DNA of 32,000 nt from Methanothermus fervidus DSM 2088 (GTDB lineage: Archaea; Methanobacteriota; Methanobacteria; DSM-2088; Methanothermaceae): NCBI GenBank assembly GCA_000166095.1, contig CP002278.1:120001-152000 (forward strand). The letters are read 5' to 3'. The translations under genes and the position numbers were made by a program. Below the pieces are notes generated by a model. That model saw nothing but the letters and a program-made list of their open reading frames with translations. It had not been told where the DNA came from and did not search any database. Below are positions 8,955-18,765 of this stretch, in pieces. Positions within the stretch are counted from its first letter, which is position 1. Every line of letters starts with the position of its first letter.

Positions 8955-11226
8955 GCATTTTTCTAGCAGCTTTTAATACTAATTTCTTTTCTTGTCTAGC
9001 AACAACATCTCTAATTTCTTCAACTGAATCTATATTTGCAGATACACTGTCTATCCCATATTCCACCAATTTCTCTACTATGTGAGGTGTACTTCCTGCC
9101 TGACCACAAATACTTGTTTTAACACTGGCCTTCTTACATTTTTTAATTACATTTTTTACTAGTTTCATTACAGCCGGATGTTCCTCACTGTATAGATGTG
9201 ACACAAGTTCATTATTACGATCAATTGCTAGTACGTATTGTGTCAAGTCGTTTGTCCCTAAACTTACAAAATCAATGCCTGCTTTAATGAAATCATCTAT
9301 AATCAATGCTGCAGATGGTGTTTCCACCATTATTCCAAATTCTACATCTTTGTGTGGTTCAAGTCCAACTTCTCTAGCAATTTTTTTAGCAGCAATTACT
9401 TCATCAGGATGTTGGACAAGAGGTAACATGACGCCGATGTTGTCATATCCTTGCTCACATAGCTTTTTAATAGCTTTAAATTCAGCTTTTAAAATTTCTG
9501 GCTCATCTAAATCCCTTCTGATGCCTCTCCATCCAAGCATTGGGTTGTGTTCAAAAGGTTCGTCTTCTCCACCTTCCAACTCTCTGAATTCATCTGTTGG
9601 TGCATCTAATGTCCTGTACCATACTGGTTTTGGATAAAATGCATCCACAACCTTCAATATGTTTTTGGCTAATTCTTCAATGAGTTCCTCTTCTTTCCCT
9701 TCCATTATAAACTTTTTAGGATGGACACCCATCGATAGTATCATATGTTCTGTTCTTAGGAGTCCTACACCATCTGCACCAGTTGCAGCAGCTTTTTTAG
9801 CTGCTTCTGGTATACTTATATTTACTTTTACTTCAGTGGCAGTAATAGGCGGTGTTTTTGTAACAACTTTTTCAACTTCTTTTTCTTTAGCTTCTTCCTT
9901 TTTAAGTTTTCCTTTGTATACAATACCTTTTTTTCCATCAACCACTACTTCTTCTCCATCTTTCAGTGTTTTAGTAGCGTTTCCAGTACCTACAACACAT
10001 GGAATCCCTAATTCCCTTGAAACTATAGCTGCATGGCATGTTACTCCACCTTCATCTGTGACAATTGCACTTGCTTTTTTCATAACAGGAACCATGTCAG
10101 GAGTTGTCATTTCAGTGACCAATATGTCACCATGTTTCACTTTATTCAAATGTTCCATACTCTTCACAATTCTTACTTTACCAGAGGCTAGTCCAGGACT
10201 TGCACCCAAACCTTTAACTAATATCTCTCTAACTTTTTTACCTTCTTCCTTAACTTTTGGTTTTTCTTTTTTCAATGTGGTTATAGGACGGCTTTGTAAA
10301 ATGTAAACATTGCCATTTTCGATTGCCCATTCTATATCTTGTGGAAATCCATAATGCTCTTGTATTTTATTTCCAATCTTCATTAATTCTTCTATCTCTT
10401 TATCATCCAGCACTCTTTCATTTTGTAATTCTTTAGGTACTTTCTTTTTCACAGTTCCTCCATTTTCTCTAACAAACATTACTTTTTTCTTAGATACTTT
10501 GTAGTCTAATATCTCACCAGTTTTTTTATCAACTACAATAGTGTCAGGAATTACAGCACCTGAAACAACCCCTTCTCCAAGTCCCCAAGATGCTTCTATT
10601 ACCATTACATCTTCACCAGTTGAAGGATGCGCAGTAAACATTACACCAGATTTTTCAGCATCTACCATTTTTTGTACTACAACCGCAATAGAAACTTTAA
10701 AATGATCTATATTATTTTGTTCTCGATAAAATATAGCTCTAGCTTCAAATAAAGATGCCCAACATTTTTGAACATTATGTACAACGTTCTTAGCACCTTT
10801 TACATTTAAATATGTTTCCTGTTGCCCAGCAAAAGACGCTTCAGGTAAATCTTCTGCAGTAGCAGAAGATCTCACGGCAACATATACCTCATCTTCACCT
10901 ACTTGTTGACATAATGCATTATAAGATTCAATTATTAATGTCTTAATATGTTCAGGCATTTCAACACTCATTATACTATCTTTTATCTCTTTAGATACTT
11001 TTTGAAGTTCTGCAGTATTATTTACATCAACATCTTCCAACAAAGTTCTTATTTTACTATCTAAACCTGTTTCTTCTATAAATTTACGATAACTTTCAGC
11101 AGTAACAATAAATCCTGGTGGGACGGGAATACCGGCTTTTGACATTTCACCTAAATTTGCACCTTTACCTCCAGCTAACTCTAAATCATCTTTTGTAATT
11201 TCATCAAAAAATGCTACGTATGTCAT
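8926..11226 (-). CDS. ppsA: Phosphoenolpyruvate synthase (pyruvate, water dikinase)
   Basis: 766 aa. [10 protein letters not shown] (nucleotide-binding domain), swivel phospho-His motif [21 protein letters not shown], and C-terminal PEP-utilizer motifs RTEHM and GTNDLTQY. Confidence 0.93.
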   Translation of the reverse strand: MTYVAFFDEITKDDLELAGGKGANLGEMSKAGIPVPPGFIVTAESYRKFIEETGLDSKIRTLLEDVDVNNTAELQKVSKEIKDSIMSVEMPEHIKTLIIESYNALCQQVGEDEVYVAVRSSATAEDLPEASFAGQQETYLNVKGAKNVVHNVQKCWASLFEARAIFYREQNNIDHFKVSIAVVVQKMVDAEKSGVMFTAHPSTGEDVMVIEASWGLGEGVVSGAVIPDTIVVDKKTGEILDYKVSKKKVMFVRENGGTVKKKVPKELQNERVLDDKEIEELMKIGNKIQEHYGFPQDIEWAIENGNVYILQSRPITTLKKEKPKVKEEGKKVREILVKGLGASPGLASGKVRIVKSMEHLNKVKHGDILVTEMTTPDMVPVMKKASAIVTDEGGVTCHAAIVSRELGIPCVVGTGNATKTLKDGEEVVVDGKKGIVYKGKLKKEEAKEKEVEKVVTKTPPITATEVKVNISIPEAAKKAAATGADGVGLLRTEHMILSMGVHPKKFIMEGKEEELIEELAKNILKVVDAFYPKPVWYRTLDAPTDEFRELEGGEDEPFEHNPMLGWRGIRRDLDEPEILKAEFKAIKKLCEQGYDNIGVMLPLVQHPDEVIAAKKIAREVGLEPHKDVEFGIMVETPSAALIIDDFIKAGIDFVSLGTNDLTQYVLAIDRNNELVSHLYSEEHPAVMKLVKNVIKKCKKASVKTSICGQAGSTPHIVEKLVEYGIDSVSANIDSVEEIRDVVARQEKKLVLKAARKMLENDGKRSQ

Positions 11227-11717
11227 TATATCTCCCCTTTCACAAGTTCAGCGCCTTTATCAACTACTATCTTGCATGGGGCAGGCAATTTCATTGCAGC
11301 TCTTCTGAGAGCTTCTTTAGCATCTTTAAAATTCCTTTTATTAGTTCGAATAGTTGCAACTTTTTGATTTTTCTTTACTATTGCTTCCAAACTTACAGGT
11401 TTTCCAAAAGCCTTTCTCATTCCATCTTGGACTCTGTCAGCCCCCGCACCAACAGCCATTGGATTTTCACGTACAATATGGTGTGGATATACTCTTATTT
11501 TCAAATGGTATCCTGTTCTTCCGGCTTTTCTTTGTATATATCTATTTGCAGCGACTCTAGCAGCTTCTAAAGCATTATGAGATATTTGTGCAGGTCTTTT
11601 AACTACAAGGCTTAAAGATAATTCGAAATCTCCATTTGGATCTCCCATGTCAAATTGTCTTATTTTTGGAGCAGGTATACGCTTGATATATTCTTTACGG
11701 GTGTAAGGTCTAACCAT
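11226..11717 (-). CDS. rpl10e: 50S ribosomal protein L10e (uL16)
   Basis: N-terminus [27 protein letters not shown] lies 7 nt upstream of the ATG. The stop shares one base with the ppsA ATG (TAATG). Confidence 0.9.
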   Translation of the reverse strand: MVRPYTRKEYIKRIPAPKIRQFDMGDPNGDFELSLSLVVKRPAQISHNALEAARVAANRYIQRKAGRTGYHLKIRVYPHHIVRENPMAVGAGADRVQDGMRKAFGKPVSLEAIVKKNQKVATIRTNKRNFKDAKEALRRAAMKLPAPCKIVVDKGAELVKGEI

Positions 11718-11756
11718 TTCTCTACACCTCCTTGTTGGATCATACGGTTTTTTCGT

Positions 11757-11764
11757 TATATAAA
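11757..11764 (-). promoter_or_regulatory. TATA box (TTTATATA on the minus strand) for the rpl10e-ppsA-mfnA-fumB transcription unit
   Basis: The minus strand reads AATAATTTATATAACGAAAAAACCGTATGATCCAACAAGGAGGTGTAGAGAAATG. The TATA is about 40 nt upstream of the ATG, consistent with a short SD-containing leader. Confidence 0.5.
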
Positions 11765-11785
11765 TTATTCCATTTTTATTAAAAA

Positions 11786-12478
11786 CTAAATTGTGTATTC
11801 TCCTTCAATTGTTTTAATCTTTACTTTTTTTACAATGTTTTTAACAGTTTTTGCTATTTTTTTTAACTCCTCAACCTTTGGAGGTTCAATATTTTTTAGA
11901 TATGGATCTAAAACTGTTTCATTTCTAAACTGCTGTAAGGTATATAAGTCACAATCTATTTCTTTTGCGATCTTCACTATGTCATTTTTTGTCATAAGTT
12001 TAGGAACATATGTAGTCCTACATTCTAAATACACTTTTGATTTATTTAATATCTTCATGCTCTCTTTAACTTCAGATCCTACATTTTTGCCAATAATTTC
12101 TTTATATTTAGTGAAAGGGGCTTTAACATCCAAACTTACATAATCTAAATACTTGATGATACTATTTAATTTCTTGGGATATATACCATTTGTGTCAAGT
12201 TTTGTTTTTAAACCCAGAGAATATGCATGTTTTAGTATTTCTTCTACTTCTTTTTCTTGAAAAAGAGGCTCACCTCCACTTAAAACTACAGCATCTATAA
12301 AATCTTTTGAAGAAGAAATTTTTCTCTTTATTGATTCAACATCAATATCTTTTCCATTTTTTAACAATTCTGGGTTATGACAATATGGACAACGCAAAGG
12401 ACATCCAGCAAAAAAGATTACAAGTGATATCTTCTCTGGAAAATCTATTGATGAAATTAAAGATCCTCCAAATTTCAT
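11786..12478 (-). CDS. Radical SAM activating enzyme, anaerobic ribonucleotide reductase activase (NrdG)-like
   Basis: 230 aa. [27 protein letters not shown] (CX3CX2C cluster motif) and LSGGEPL. The N-terminal architecture is typical of the NrdG/PflA-type small activases. Confidence 0.72.
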   Translation of the reverse strand: MKFGGSLISSIDFPEKISLVIFFAGCPLRCPYCHNPELLKNGKDIDVESIKRKISSSKDFIDAVVLSGGEPLFQEKEVEEILKHAYSLGLKTKLDTNGIYPKKLNSIIKYLDYVSLDVKAPFTKYKEIIGKNVGSEVKESMKILNKSKVYLECRTTYVPKLMTKNDIVKIAKEIDCDLYTLQQFRNETVLDPYLKNIEPPKVEELKKIAKTVKNIVKKVKIKTIEGEYTI

Positions 12479-12488
12479 TGTCTTGCAC

Positions 12489-13589
12489 CTAATGTAATAT
12501 TTCTTTAAGAGTATCTATAAGTTTTTTATTTTCTTCGATCTTACCAACAGTTATTCTAATCCAATATTCATCTAAACCTCTAAATGAACTACAATCACGT
12601 ACAATTATACCTCTTTTTAATAATTTTTCACAAATTTCTGTTGAAGTCATTCCGCTATCTCTAATATCAACTAATATAAAATTAGCATGAGACTTTAAAG
12701 GCTTAAATTCTTTAAATTTAGACAACTCCTTATATAAGTATTCTCTACTCTTTATTATGTAGTTTATAGAGTTTCGAATATATTTTTTATCTTTCAAAAC
12801 TGTGAGAGCTGCTATGTAGGAAAGTCTTGTAAGACTAAATATTGGCTTAACTTTATGCATGTCACTAATTATTTCAGGGTTTGATATTCCATAACCTACG
12901 CGCATTCCTGCTAAGCCAAGAACTTTAGAAAATGTACGTAAAATTAAAATATTTGGATATTTTTCTAACAAATCTACATTGCTAATACCTGCAAACTCAA
13001 AATATGCTTCATCTACAATGACCAATGCTGAAGTTGACTCAAGAATTTTTTTTATTTCTTTTTTATCTATTAAGCCACCAGTTGGATTATTGGGAGAACA
13101 CAAGAATATCAATTTTGTTTTATTTGTGATTTTTTCAAGGACAGAATCTACATTCAATTTATTTTTTTTAATATCCCAAGATGCAGGTACAAGTTTTGCA
13201 CCATAAGGTTTTAAAGCATATTCATAATATGTGTAAGAAGGTAGTGGCACAATAAATTCATCTCCTGGCTCTATAAAAGTTTTACCAAGCAAATCAATTA
13301 TCTCATCTGCTCCATCTCCACCCACTATAATCTCATTTTCTGATACACCTGAATATGAAGCAATGGCCTTTTTGAGATCATTTATATTTGATTCTGGATA
13401 TCTATGAATCTCATGAAGATTTTGTTTTATAGCATCAATAACTTTTGGAGAAGGTCCTAATGGATTTTCATTTGACCCTAATTTTATAATATCGTTTTTT
13501 TTCAACCCATATTTTTTAGCTATTTCTTCTATAGATTTTCCAGGAACGTATGGATTTATTTTCTCTATTATTTTTCTTTTTTTGACCAT
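12489..13589 (-). CDS. hisC: Histidinol-phosphate aminotransferase
   Basis: 366 aa. LGSNENPLGPSP, NPNNPTG, and the PLP lysine motif RTFSKVLGLAGMRVGY. Confidence 0.88.
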   Translation of the reverse strand: MVKKRKIIEKINPYVPGKSIEEIAKKYGLKKNDIIKLGSNENPLGPSPKVIDAIKQNLHEIHRYPESNINDLKKAIASYSGVSENEIIVGGDGADEIIDLLGKTFIEPGDEFIVPLPSYTYYEYALKPYGAKLVPASWDIKKNKLNVDSVLEKITNKTKLIFLCSPNNPTGGLIDKKEIKKILESTSALVIVDEAYFEFAGISNVDLLEKYPNILILRTFSKVLGLAGMRVGYGISNPEIISDMHKVKPIFSLTRLSYIAALTVLKDKKYIRNSINYIIKSREYLYKELSKFKEFKPLKSHANFILVDIRDSGMTSTEICEKLLKRGIIVRDCSSFRGLDEYWIRITVGKIEENKKLIDTLKEILH

Positions 13590-14875
13590 GAAGAATCACT
13601 TTTTAAGAAATTGTCAACTATTTGCTTTTCTTGTTGTACTATAACTGCCTTATTAGAATCAACGTCTTCATCTATTAATGCATTAGGCCATATAACTGAA
13701 TCCATGCCTATCTTAACCCCGGGATTAAATCCAGAATTTATGCCTGTTTTTACATTATCACCAAAAACAGCTCCTAATTTTCTACGGGAAGTAGATACTC
13801 TTTCACCTTTTACATTCATTTTAACAGGTTTGTCATTGAATTTAAGATTGGCAATATTAGTTCCAGCTCCAAAATTACAATTAGCACCGATTATAGAATC
13901 TCCAACATAAGAGAGATGATTAATATTTGTATTTTCCATTATTATTGAATTCTTTATTTCTACAGCATTCCCAATACTTACACCATCATATATACAAGTA
14001 TATGCTCTTATATAACAATTTGGCCCAATATCACAATTTTTTCCTATATAAACAGGTCCTTGTATATAAGTGCCAGATCTAACAATTGTACCTCGGCCTA
14101 TCACTACTGGACCTTTAATATGTACATTCTCTTCGACTTCACCTTCAATTTTTGTTTTAATATTTTTCATCATTTCCTCATTAGCATTGAGGAGTTCCCA
14201 TGGTCTACCTATATCTATCCATCTTTTTTTAGATACAAAACCCCTAACATCTATCCCATCTTTGATTTCCATCATAATACTGTCAGTTATCTCATATTCA
14301 CCACGTGGAGATTTCTGAGTTTTTTCAATATAATTGAAAATTATAGGATTAAAAATATATATTCCTGCATTTGCAAGATCACTTGGTGCCTCTTCAGGTT
14401 TTGGCTTTTCAATTATATTCTTAACTTTGTCATCTTCTAATTCTACAATGCCAAAAGAACTAGGATCTTTGACTTTTGTTAAAAGAAGAAGAGTATCAGG
14501 CGTATTTCTTTCATAATAATTGATAACTTCTTTAATTAAATTTGGGTCTGTTATTACATCACCATTTACAACTATAAATTCCTCATCAATTACATTTTTT
14601 CCTTTTCCAATAGCATGAGCAGTACCTAATTGTTTTTCTTGAATCAAATATGATAATTTTACACCAAATTCTTTACCATCCGCAAAATACTTCTTTATTA
14701 CATTTTTTTTATAACCTACAACTAAAAATATTTCGTCGATCCCTGCGTCTCTTATAGATTCAATATTATATTGAAGTATTGGTTTCCCAGAAATTGGCAA
14801 CATTGTTTTAGGACGTGTCAATGTTAGTGGTCGCATTCTAGTTCCTTCTCCAGCCGTTAATATCATTGCTTGCAT
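13568..14875 (-). CDS. glmU: Bifunctional sugar-1-phosphate nucleotidyltransferase / acetyltransferase (archaeal GlmU type)
   Basis: 435 aa. N-terminal LTAGEGTRMRPLTLTRPK nucleotidyltransferase loop and a C-terminal left-handed beta-helix of hexapeptide repeats. It sits immediately downstream of glmM, as in the MJ1100/MJ1101 pair. Confidence 0.8.
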   Translation of the reverse strand: MQAMILTAGEGTRMRPLTLTRPKTMLPISGKPILQYNIESIRDAGIDEIFLVVGYKKNVIKKYFADGKEFGVKLSYLIQEKQLGTAHAIGKGKNVIDEEFIVVNGDVITDPNLIKEVINYYERNTPDTLLLLTKVKDPSSFGIVELEDDKVKNIIEKPKPEEAPSDLANAGIYIFNPIIFNYIEKTQKSPRGEYEITDSIMMEIKDGIDVRGFVSKKRWIDIGRPWELLNANEEMMKNIKTKIEGEVEENVHIKGPVVIGRGTIVRSGTYIQGPVYIGKNCDIGPNCYIRAYTCIYDGVSIGNAVEIKNSIIMENTNINHLSYVGDSIIGANCNFGAGTNIANLKFNDKPVKMNVKGERVSTSRRKLGAVFGDNVKTGINSGFNPGVKIGMDSVIWPNALIDEDVDSNKAVIVQQEKQIVDNFLKSDSSWSKKEK

Positions 14876-16221
14876 GAAACCACCGTATTTATTGCTTTTT
14901 TTACGATAGAATGAACCTTATTATATATGTTTTTTAATTTATTTTTGTCCCTACTTTCAGCTCTAATTCTGATGTAAGGTTCTGTACCAGACGGTCTAAC
15001 TAATATCCAACTTTTATCTTTCAAAGTTATTCTGATTCCATCGATTTTGTCTATTTTAGCTTTTGGAAATTCATTCTTTAGTTTTGGTTCTATTATTTTC
15101 ATAACTTCTTTTTTATGCATGTCAGGACATTGTATTTTGTCTCTAATATTAGGATATGATGGAATCTCTGCTAGTAAATCAGATAAATTCCCTTCTTTGT
15201 CTATAACTTCAACAACGCGTAGTGCAGAAAAAATACCATCCGGAGTAAGAGAAAAAGTAGGATGTATCCATGTGCCAGATGGTTCACCACCAAAGCTTGC
15301 ATTATGCTTCATTATTTCATTAGCAACATTTACATCTCCAACTTTGGTTCTGATAACCTTTCCACCAATTTCTTCCATACATTCTTCAATGCACAATGAT
15401 GCATCAACTGTTGTAACTATGGTTCCTCCATATTTTTTGGAAACTAAAGCTAACAATTTATCAAAATCTGCAATTTTTCCTTCATCAGTTACTATAACTG
15501 CTCTATCAGCGTCCCCATCATGTGCAATTCCAATATCTGCTCCAACTGCCTTAACAGTCTCCATTAAATCTTTTAAATTTTCTTCTGTAGGCTCTGGATT
15601 TCTACCTGGGAAAAATCCATCTGGCTGACAATTTAAAGTAATTACTTCACATCCAAGTTCTCTTAAGACATAAGGGGTTACATAAGATGCAGCTCCACAA
15701 CCAGCATCCACTACAACTTTTAACTCGTTTTTTATATCTATAGAATTTATTAAATCAGTTTTATAATCTTCTATTATCTTTGCATCTTTAATATTGCCAA
15801 TTTTATCCCATTCTTTTTCATCAAAATCATTATCATGAATTATTCTTTCAATTTCATCTTCTTGTGAAGGTGTATAAGCCATTCCATTGGCATTCCAGGC
15901 CTTTATGCCATTATATTCTGGTGGGTTATGGGAAGCAGTTATCATGACACCAGTATCTGCATTAAGTTTTTTGACAGCATATCCTAATGCTGGTGTAGGT
16001 ACCATTCCAATTCTTATAACTTTAGATCCACATTCCATTAAGCCTGCTGCGACAGCACTAACTAGCATTTCACTTGAAGTCCTTGGATCATGTCCAATTA
16101 CAATTTTACCTCCACCAACATAAGTTGCAATTGCTTTTCCGACCTTTAGTGCTAATTCAGACGTGATTTTTGATCTAATCTTCCCTCTTATTCCAGAGGT
16201 TCCAAATAATGACATGCTCAT
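14863..16221 (-). CDS. glmM: Phosphoglucosamine mutase / phosphohexomutase
   Basis: 452 aa. Phosphoserine loop MITASHNPPEYNGIK, metal loop AHDGDADR, sugar loop GGEPSG, and RPSGTEP. Confidence 0.88.
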   Translation of the reverse strand: MSMSLFGTSGIRGKIRSKITSELALKVGKAIATYVGGGKIVIGHDPRTSSEMLVSAVAAGLMECGSKVIRIGMVPTPALGYAVKKLNADTGVMITASHNPPEYNGIKAWNANGMAYTPSQEDEIERIIHDNDFDEKEWDKIGNIKDAKIIEDYKTDLINSIDIKNELKVVVDAGCGAASYVTPYVLRELGCEVITLNCQPDGFFPGRNPEPTEENLKDLMETVKAVGADIGIAHDGDADRAVIVTDEGKIADFDKLLALVSKKYGGTIVTTVDASLCIEECMEEIGGKVIRTKVGDVNVANEIMKHNASFGGEPSGTWIHPTFSLTPDGIFSALRVVEVIDKEGNLSDLLAEIPSYPNIRDKIQCPDMHKKEVMKIIEPKLKNEFPKAKIDKIDGIRITLKDKSWILVRPSGTEPYIRIRAESRDKNKLKNIYNKVHSIVKKAINTVVSCKQ

Positions 16222-17444
16222 GCCCCAAACTTTTCACTTCTATTGGTTAAATCTAAAATTATGTTCATTATATCTGAACCTTTGATTCTGCCCAAACCAC
16301 CTTTAGATGCAGAAATTTCATCAAATCTTTTGACATCGTCAATCCTTACACCAGGACATCTTATAACTATTGGAACAGGATCTCCAGTATGATCTTTTAC
16401 AGAAACTGGAGTTGTGTGGTCTGCGGTAAGTACCAAACATATATCCTCACAATTTAAAATTTTACTAATTACAACTTCATCAATTCTCTCTATAAATTCT
16501 TTTTTCTCTTCAAAATTTCCATCATGTCCAGCTTCATCAGCTCCATCAATATTAACCAGTAGAAAATCATATTTATCTAAAGTACTGAGTATAGTTTTTA
16601 CGATAGAATTTAAATCCGTATCTGTACCTCCTGTTGCTGTAGGAACTTCAATAACATCCATACCTGCTAACCTGGCAATCCCCATAATAAGACCAGTCTC
16701 TGCAATACAGGCGGCCTTAAGATTATACTTTTCACAAAAGTTTTCTAATGAAGGTACCTTTCCTCCACCCCTAGGCAATATTATATTAGCAGGTTTTTTT
16801 CCTTCCTTTATTCGTTTTAAATTTATTGGATGCTTCTCAAGCAACTTATAAGAATTTTTAACAAATTTGTTTAGTATTGAAGCTGTAAATTTTGCTTCAA
16901 ATGAATCATCCAATGGTTTTACATCTTTCACGCGTTTATTTTCAACTTTTGGATCTGCATCAGTAATTTTATCAGATAAATTTTCTCCACGTAAAACTAA
17001 AACTGCTCTATGTCCAGTTGATTCTTTAAATATTATCTCTACATCTTCTTCTAATTTCATGGAATTGATAGTTTCAGCTAATTTGTCAGTGCCTTCTCTT
17101 ATTCTATCAGCTCTTCTATCTAATACAACAAAATTTTCATCTACTGTAGCAAAATTACATCTAAATGCAATATCTCCCGGTTTTACATCAACTCCTACTC
17201 CAGCTGCCTCAAATGGTCCCCTGCCTGTATAAACTTTATATGGATCATAACCCAATATTGAAAGATGCGCTGTATCACTTCCTACACGTATACCTGGTGA
17301 TATTGGGTCCATTATACCATTTATTCCCTCTTCAGCAATTTTATCCATATTGGGTGTTTTTGCAGCTTGAAGCGGTGTTTTATAATCATTTTCTTTTGTA
17401 GGTCGATCTGCCATTCCATCAATTATTAATATTATGCACTTCAT
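16218..17444 (-). CDS. apgM: 2,3-bisphosphoglycerate-independent phosphoglycerate mutase, archaeal type
   Basis: 408 aa. MKCIILIIDGMADRP, DEAGHDGN, and TADHTTPVSVKDHTGDPVP. AAGGTG lies 7 nt upstream of the ATG. Confidence 0.9.
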   Translation of the reverse strand: MKCIILIIDGMADRPTKENDYKTPLQAAKTPNMDKIAEEGINGIMDPISPGIRVGSDTAHLSILGYDPYKVYTGRGPFEAAGVGVDVKPGDIAFRCNFATVDENFVVLDRRADRIREGTDKLAETINSMKLEEDVEIIFKESTGHRAVLVLRGENLSDKITDADPKVENKRVKDVKPLDDSFEAKFTASILNKFVKNSYKLLEKHPINLKRIKEGKKPANIILPRGGGKVPSLENFCEKYNLKAACIAETGLIMGIARLAGMDVIEVPTATGGTDTDLNSIVKTILSTLDKYDFLLVNIDGADEAGHDGNFEEKKEFIERIDEVVISKILNCEDICLVLTADHTTPVSVKDHTGDPVPIVIRCPGVRIDDVKRFDEISASKGGLGRIKGSDIMNIILDLTNRSEKFGA

Positions 17445-17481
17445 TCTTCAACACCTTTTTTACACTTTAGAAGGAAAAAAA

Positions 17482-17559
17482 TTACATGAGCATTATTCCG
17501 GTAATTGCACCAACTAAAGTAGCAAGAAAATTAACTTCTTCATTTGTTAAAAATTTTTT
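17482..17559 (-). other. C-terminal DUF92 segment (LTNEEVNFLATLVGAITGIMLM*) encoded in the -1 frame, preceded by the heptamer A-AAA-AAT (17553-17559)
   Basis: Hand translation of the minus strand. The zero frame reads GAA AGA AAA AAT TTT TAA. The -1 frame reads TTT TTA ACA AAT GAA GAA GTT AAT TTT ... ATG TAA, ending at 17482. Confidence 0.6.
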
Positions 17560-18149
17560 CTTTCGAATGTAGCTCCTAAAAAACTATCTGTGAAAGACCC
17601 TATTATTCCAGAAATTATTGCTACTTTTAAAGACAATAAAATATTTGGACAGACATTAAGAAAATATGCAGAAATTCCTATTATTGCTGCTCCAACAATT
17701 CCAATAACAGTGCCCAGTATAGATACTCCTCCATCAGTACCTGGAGGCACTTTCTTCAAATTTGTTATAAGTCTTGGTTTTTGTATGATACCTATTTCAC
17801 TTGCCATCGTGTCTGCAGTAGCAGCTGCTATAGATCCTATAAATCCACCTACGAACCTATCATATCTGCCAAGTATTGCCATTGCAACTGGTACGATTCC
17901 ATTGGATAAAACATTTTTCATAGATCTTTTCTTCTCATATATACCTAATTTTTTCTTGTATTCTTTTTGATATTTTGTCGAAATTATTCCTAAAATTAAA
18001 AAAATAAATAAAATTAAAAGCCAATTAAATCCTGCAGCAAACAGAATTAAGAGTCCCAAAACTACCATTAACACAGAACCTGCTAAGTCTAAATCTTTTC
18101 TTATATATGTTATGATGCCAATGCTAATACAAAAGAATATATCCCACAT
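17547..18149 (-). CDS. DUF92 (TMEM19/VTE6-like) integral membrane protein. The ORF as given is truncated by a frame disruption at its 3' end.
   Basis: 200 aa with ATADTMASEIG, PGTDGGVSILGT and DSFLGATFE motifs of the DUF92 family. The expected C-terminal helix is missing from this frame (see 17482-17559). Confidence 0.75.
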   Translation of the reverse strand: MWDIFFCISIGIITYIRKDLDLAGSVLMVVLGLLILFAAGFNWLLILFIFLILGIISTKYQKEYKKKLGIYEKKRSMKNVLSNGIVPVAMAILGRYDRFVGGFIGSIAAATADTMASEIGIIQKPRLITNLKKVPPGTDGGVSILGTVIGIVGAAIIGISAYFLNVCPNILLSLKVAIISGIIGSFTDSFLGATFERKNF

Positions 18150-18158
18150 TACAATTCC

Positions 18159-18752
18159 CTATTTTTCTTCAGGTTCGCTTAAAACCTTCGTTTTTATAAT
18201 TTCTACTCTCCTAATTGGATATATGACTTTAGCACTTTCCTGTACTTCGGAAGATATTTTACCATCTATCATATCTTTAATAAACTCTTCTAGTGTTCTT
18301 TCAGCGGCTAACTCTAACACTTTTTCTTGTGCAATACGTCTAATTTCTCTTTGTTGTGAAGTTTTAGTACGTCTTGCTGTTATTATTAAAGTATAAACTT
18401 TTATCTTGTATCCATCTTTGGTATTAACAATCACTGGTGCATCGACCCTACTTGTTCCCCTTCTAATTAAACTTCTTACATAGTCAGTTGTCATTTCATG
18501 TCCAATGTATTTTGTTTTTGCAACATCTCCTGTAACATCGTTTATTCTAAATTTTAACTTCATGTATTGTTTTGAAAAATCACCTGTTAATTCTCTTACA
18601 GTTGCTTCTACAGTTCTGTTAACAACTAAATCTGGAGACCTAGCAGGTGTTAATCCTATTTCTTTTTCTCCAAAATATTTTGGACTGAGAATAGTATACC
18701 ATTTTTTCTCTTTCCATGTGTCTCTTGCTCTTCGTCTCCTTACCCTTGCCAT
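18159..18752 (-). CDS. rps3ae: 30S ribosomal protein S3Ae (eS1)
   Basis: MARVRRRRARDTWKEKKWYTILSPKYFG. I place the start at ATG 18752 (GAGAGGTGA 5 nt upstream) rather than the 13-codon-longer ORF start at 18791, which would overlap paaK. Confidence 0.88.
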   Translation of the reverse strand: MARVRRRRARDTWKEKKWYTILSPKYFGEKEIGLTPARSPDLVVNRTVEATVRELTGDFSKQYMKLKFRINDVTGDVAKTKYIGHEMTTDYVRSLIRRGTSRVDAPVIVNTKDGYKIKVYTLIITARRTKTSQQREIRRIAQEKVLELAAERTLEEFIKDMIDGKISSEVQESAKVIYPIRRVEIIKTKVLSEPEEK

Positions 18753-18765
18753 ATTTATCACCTCT

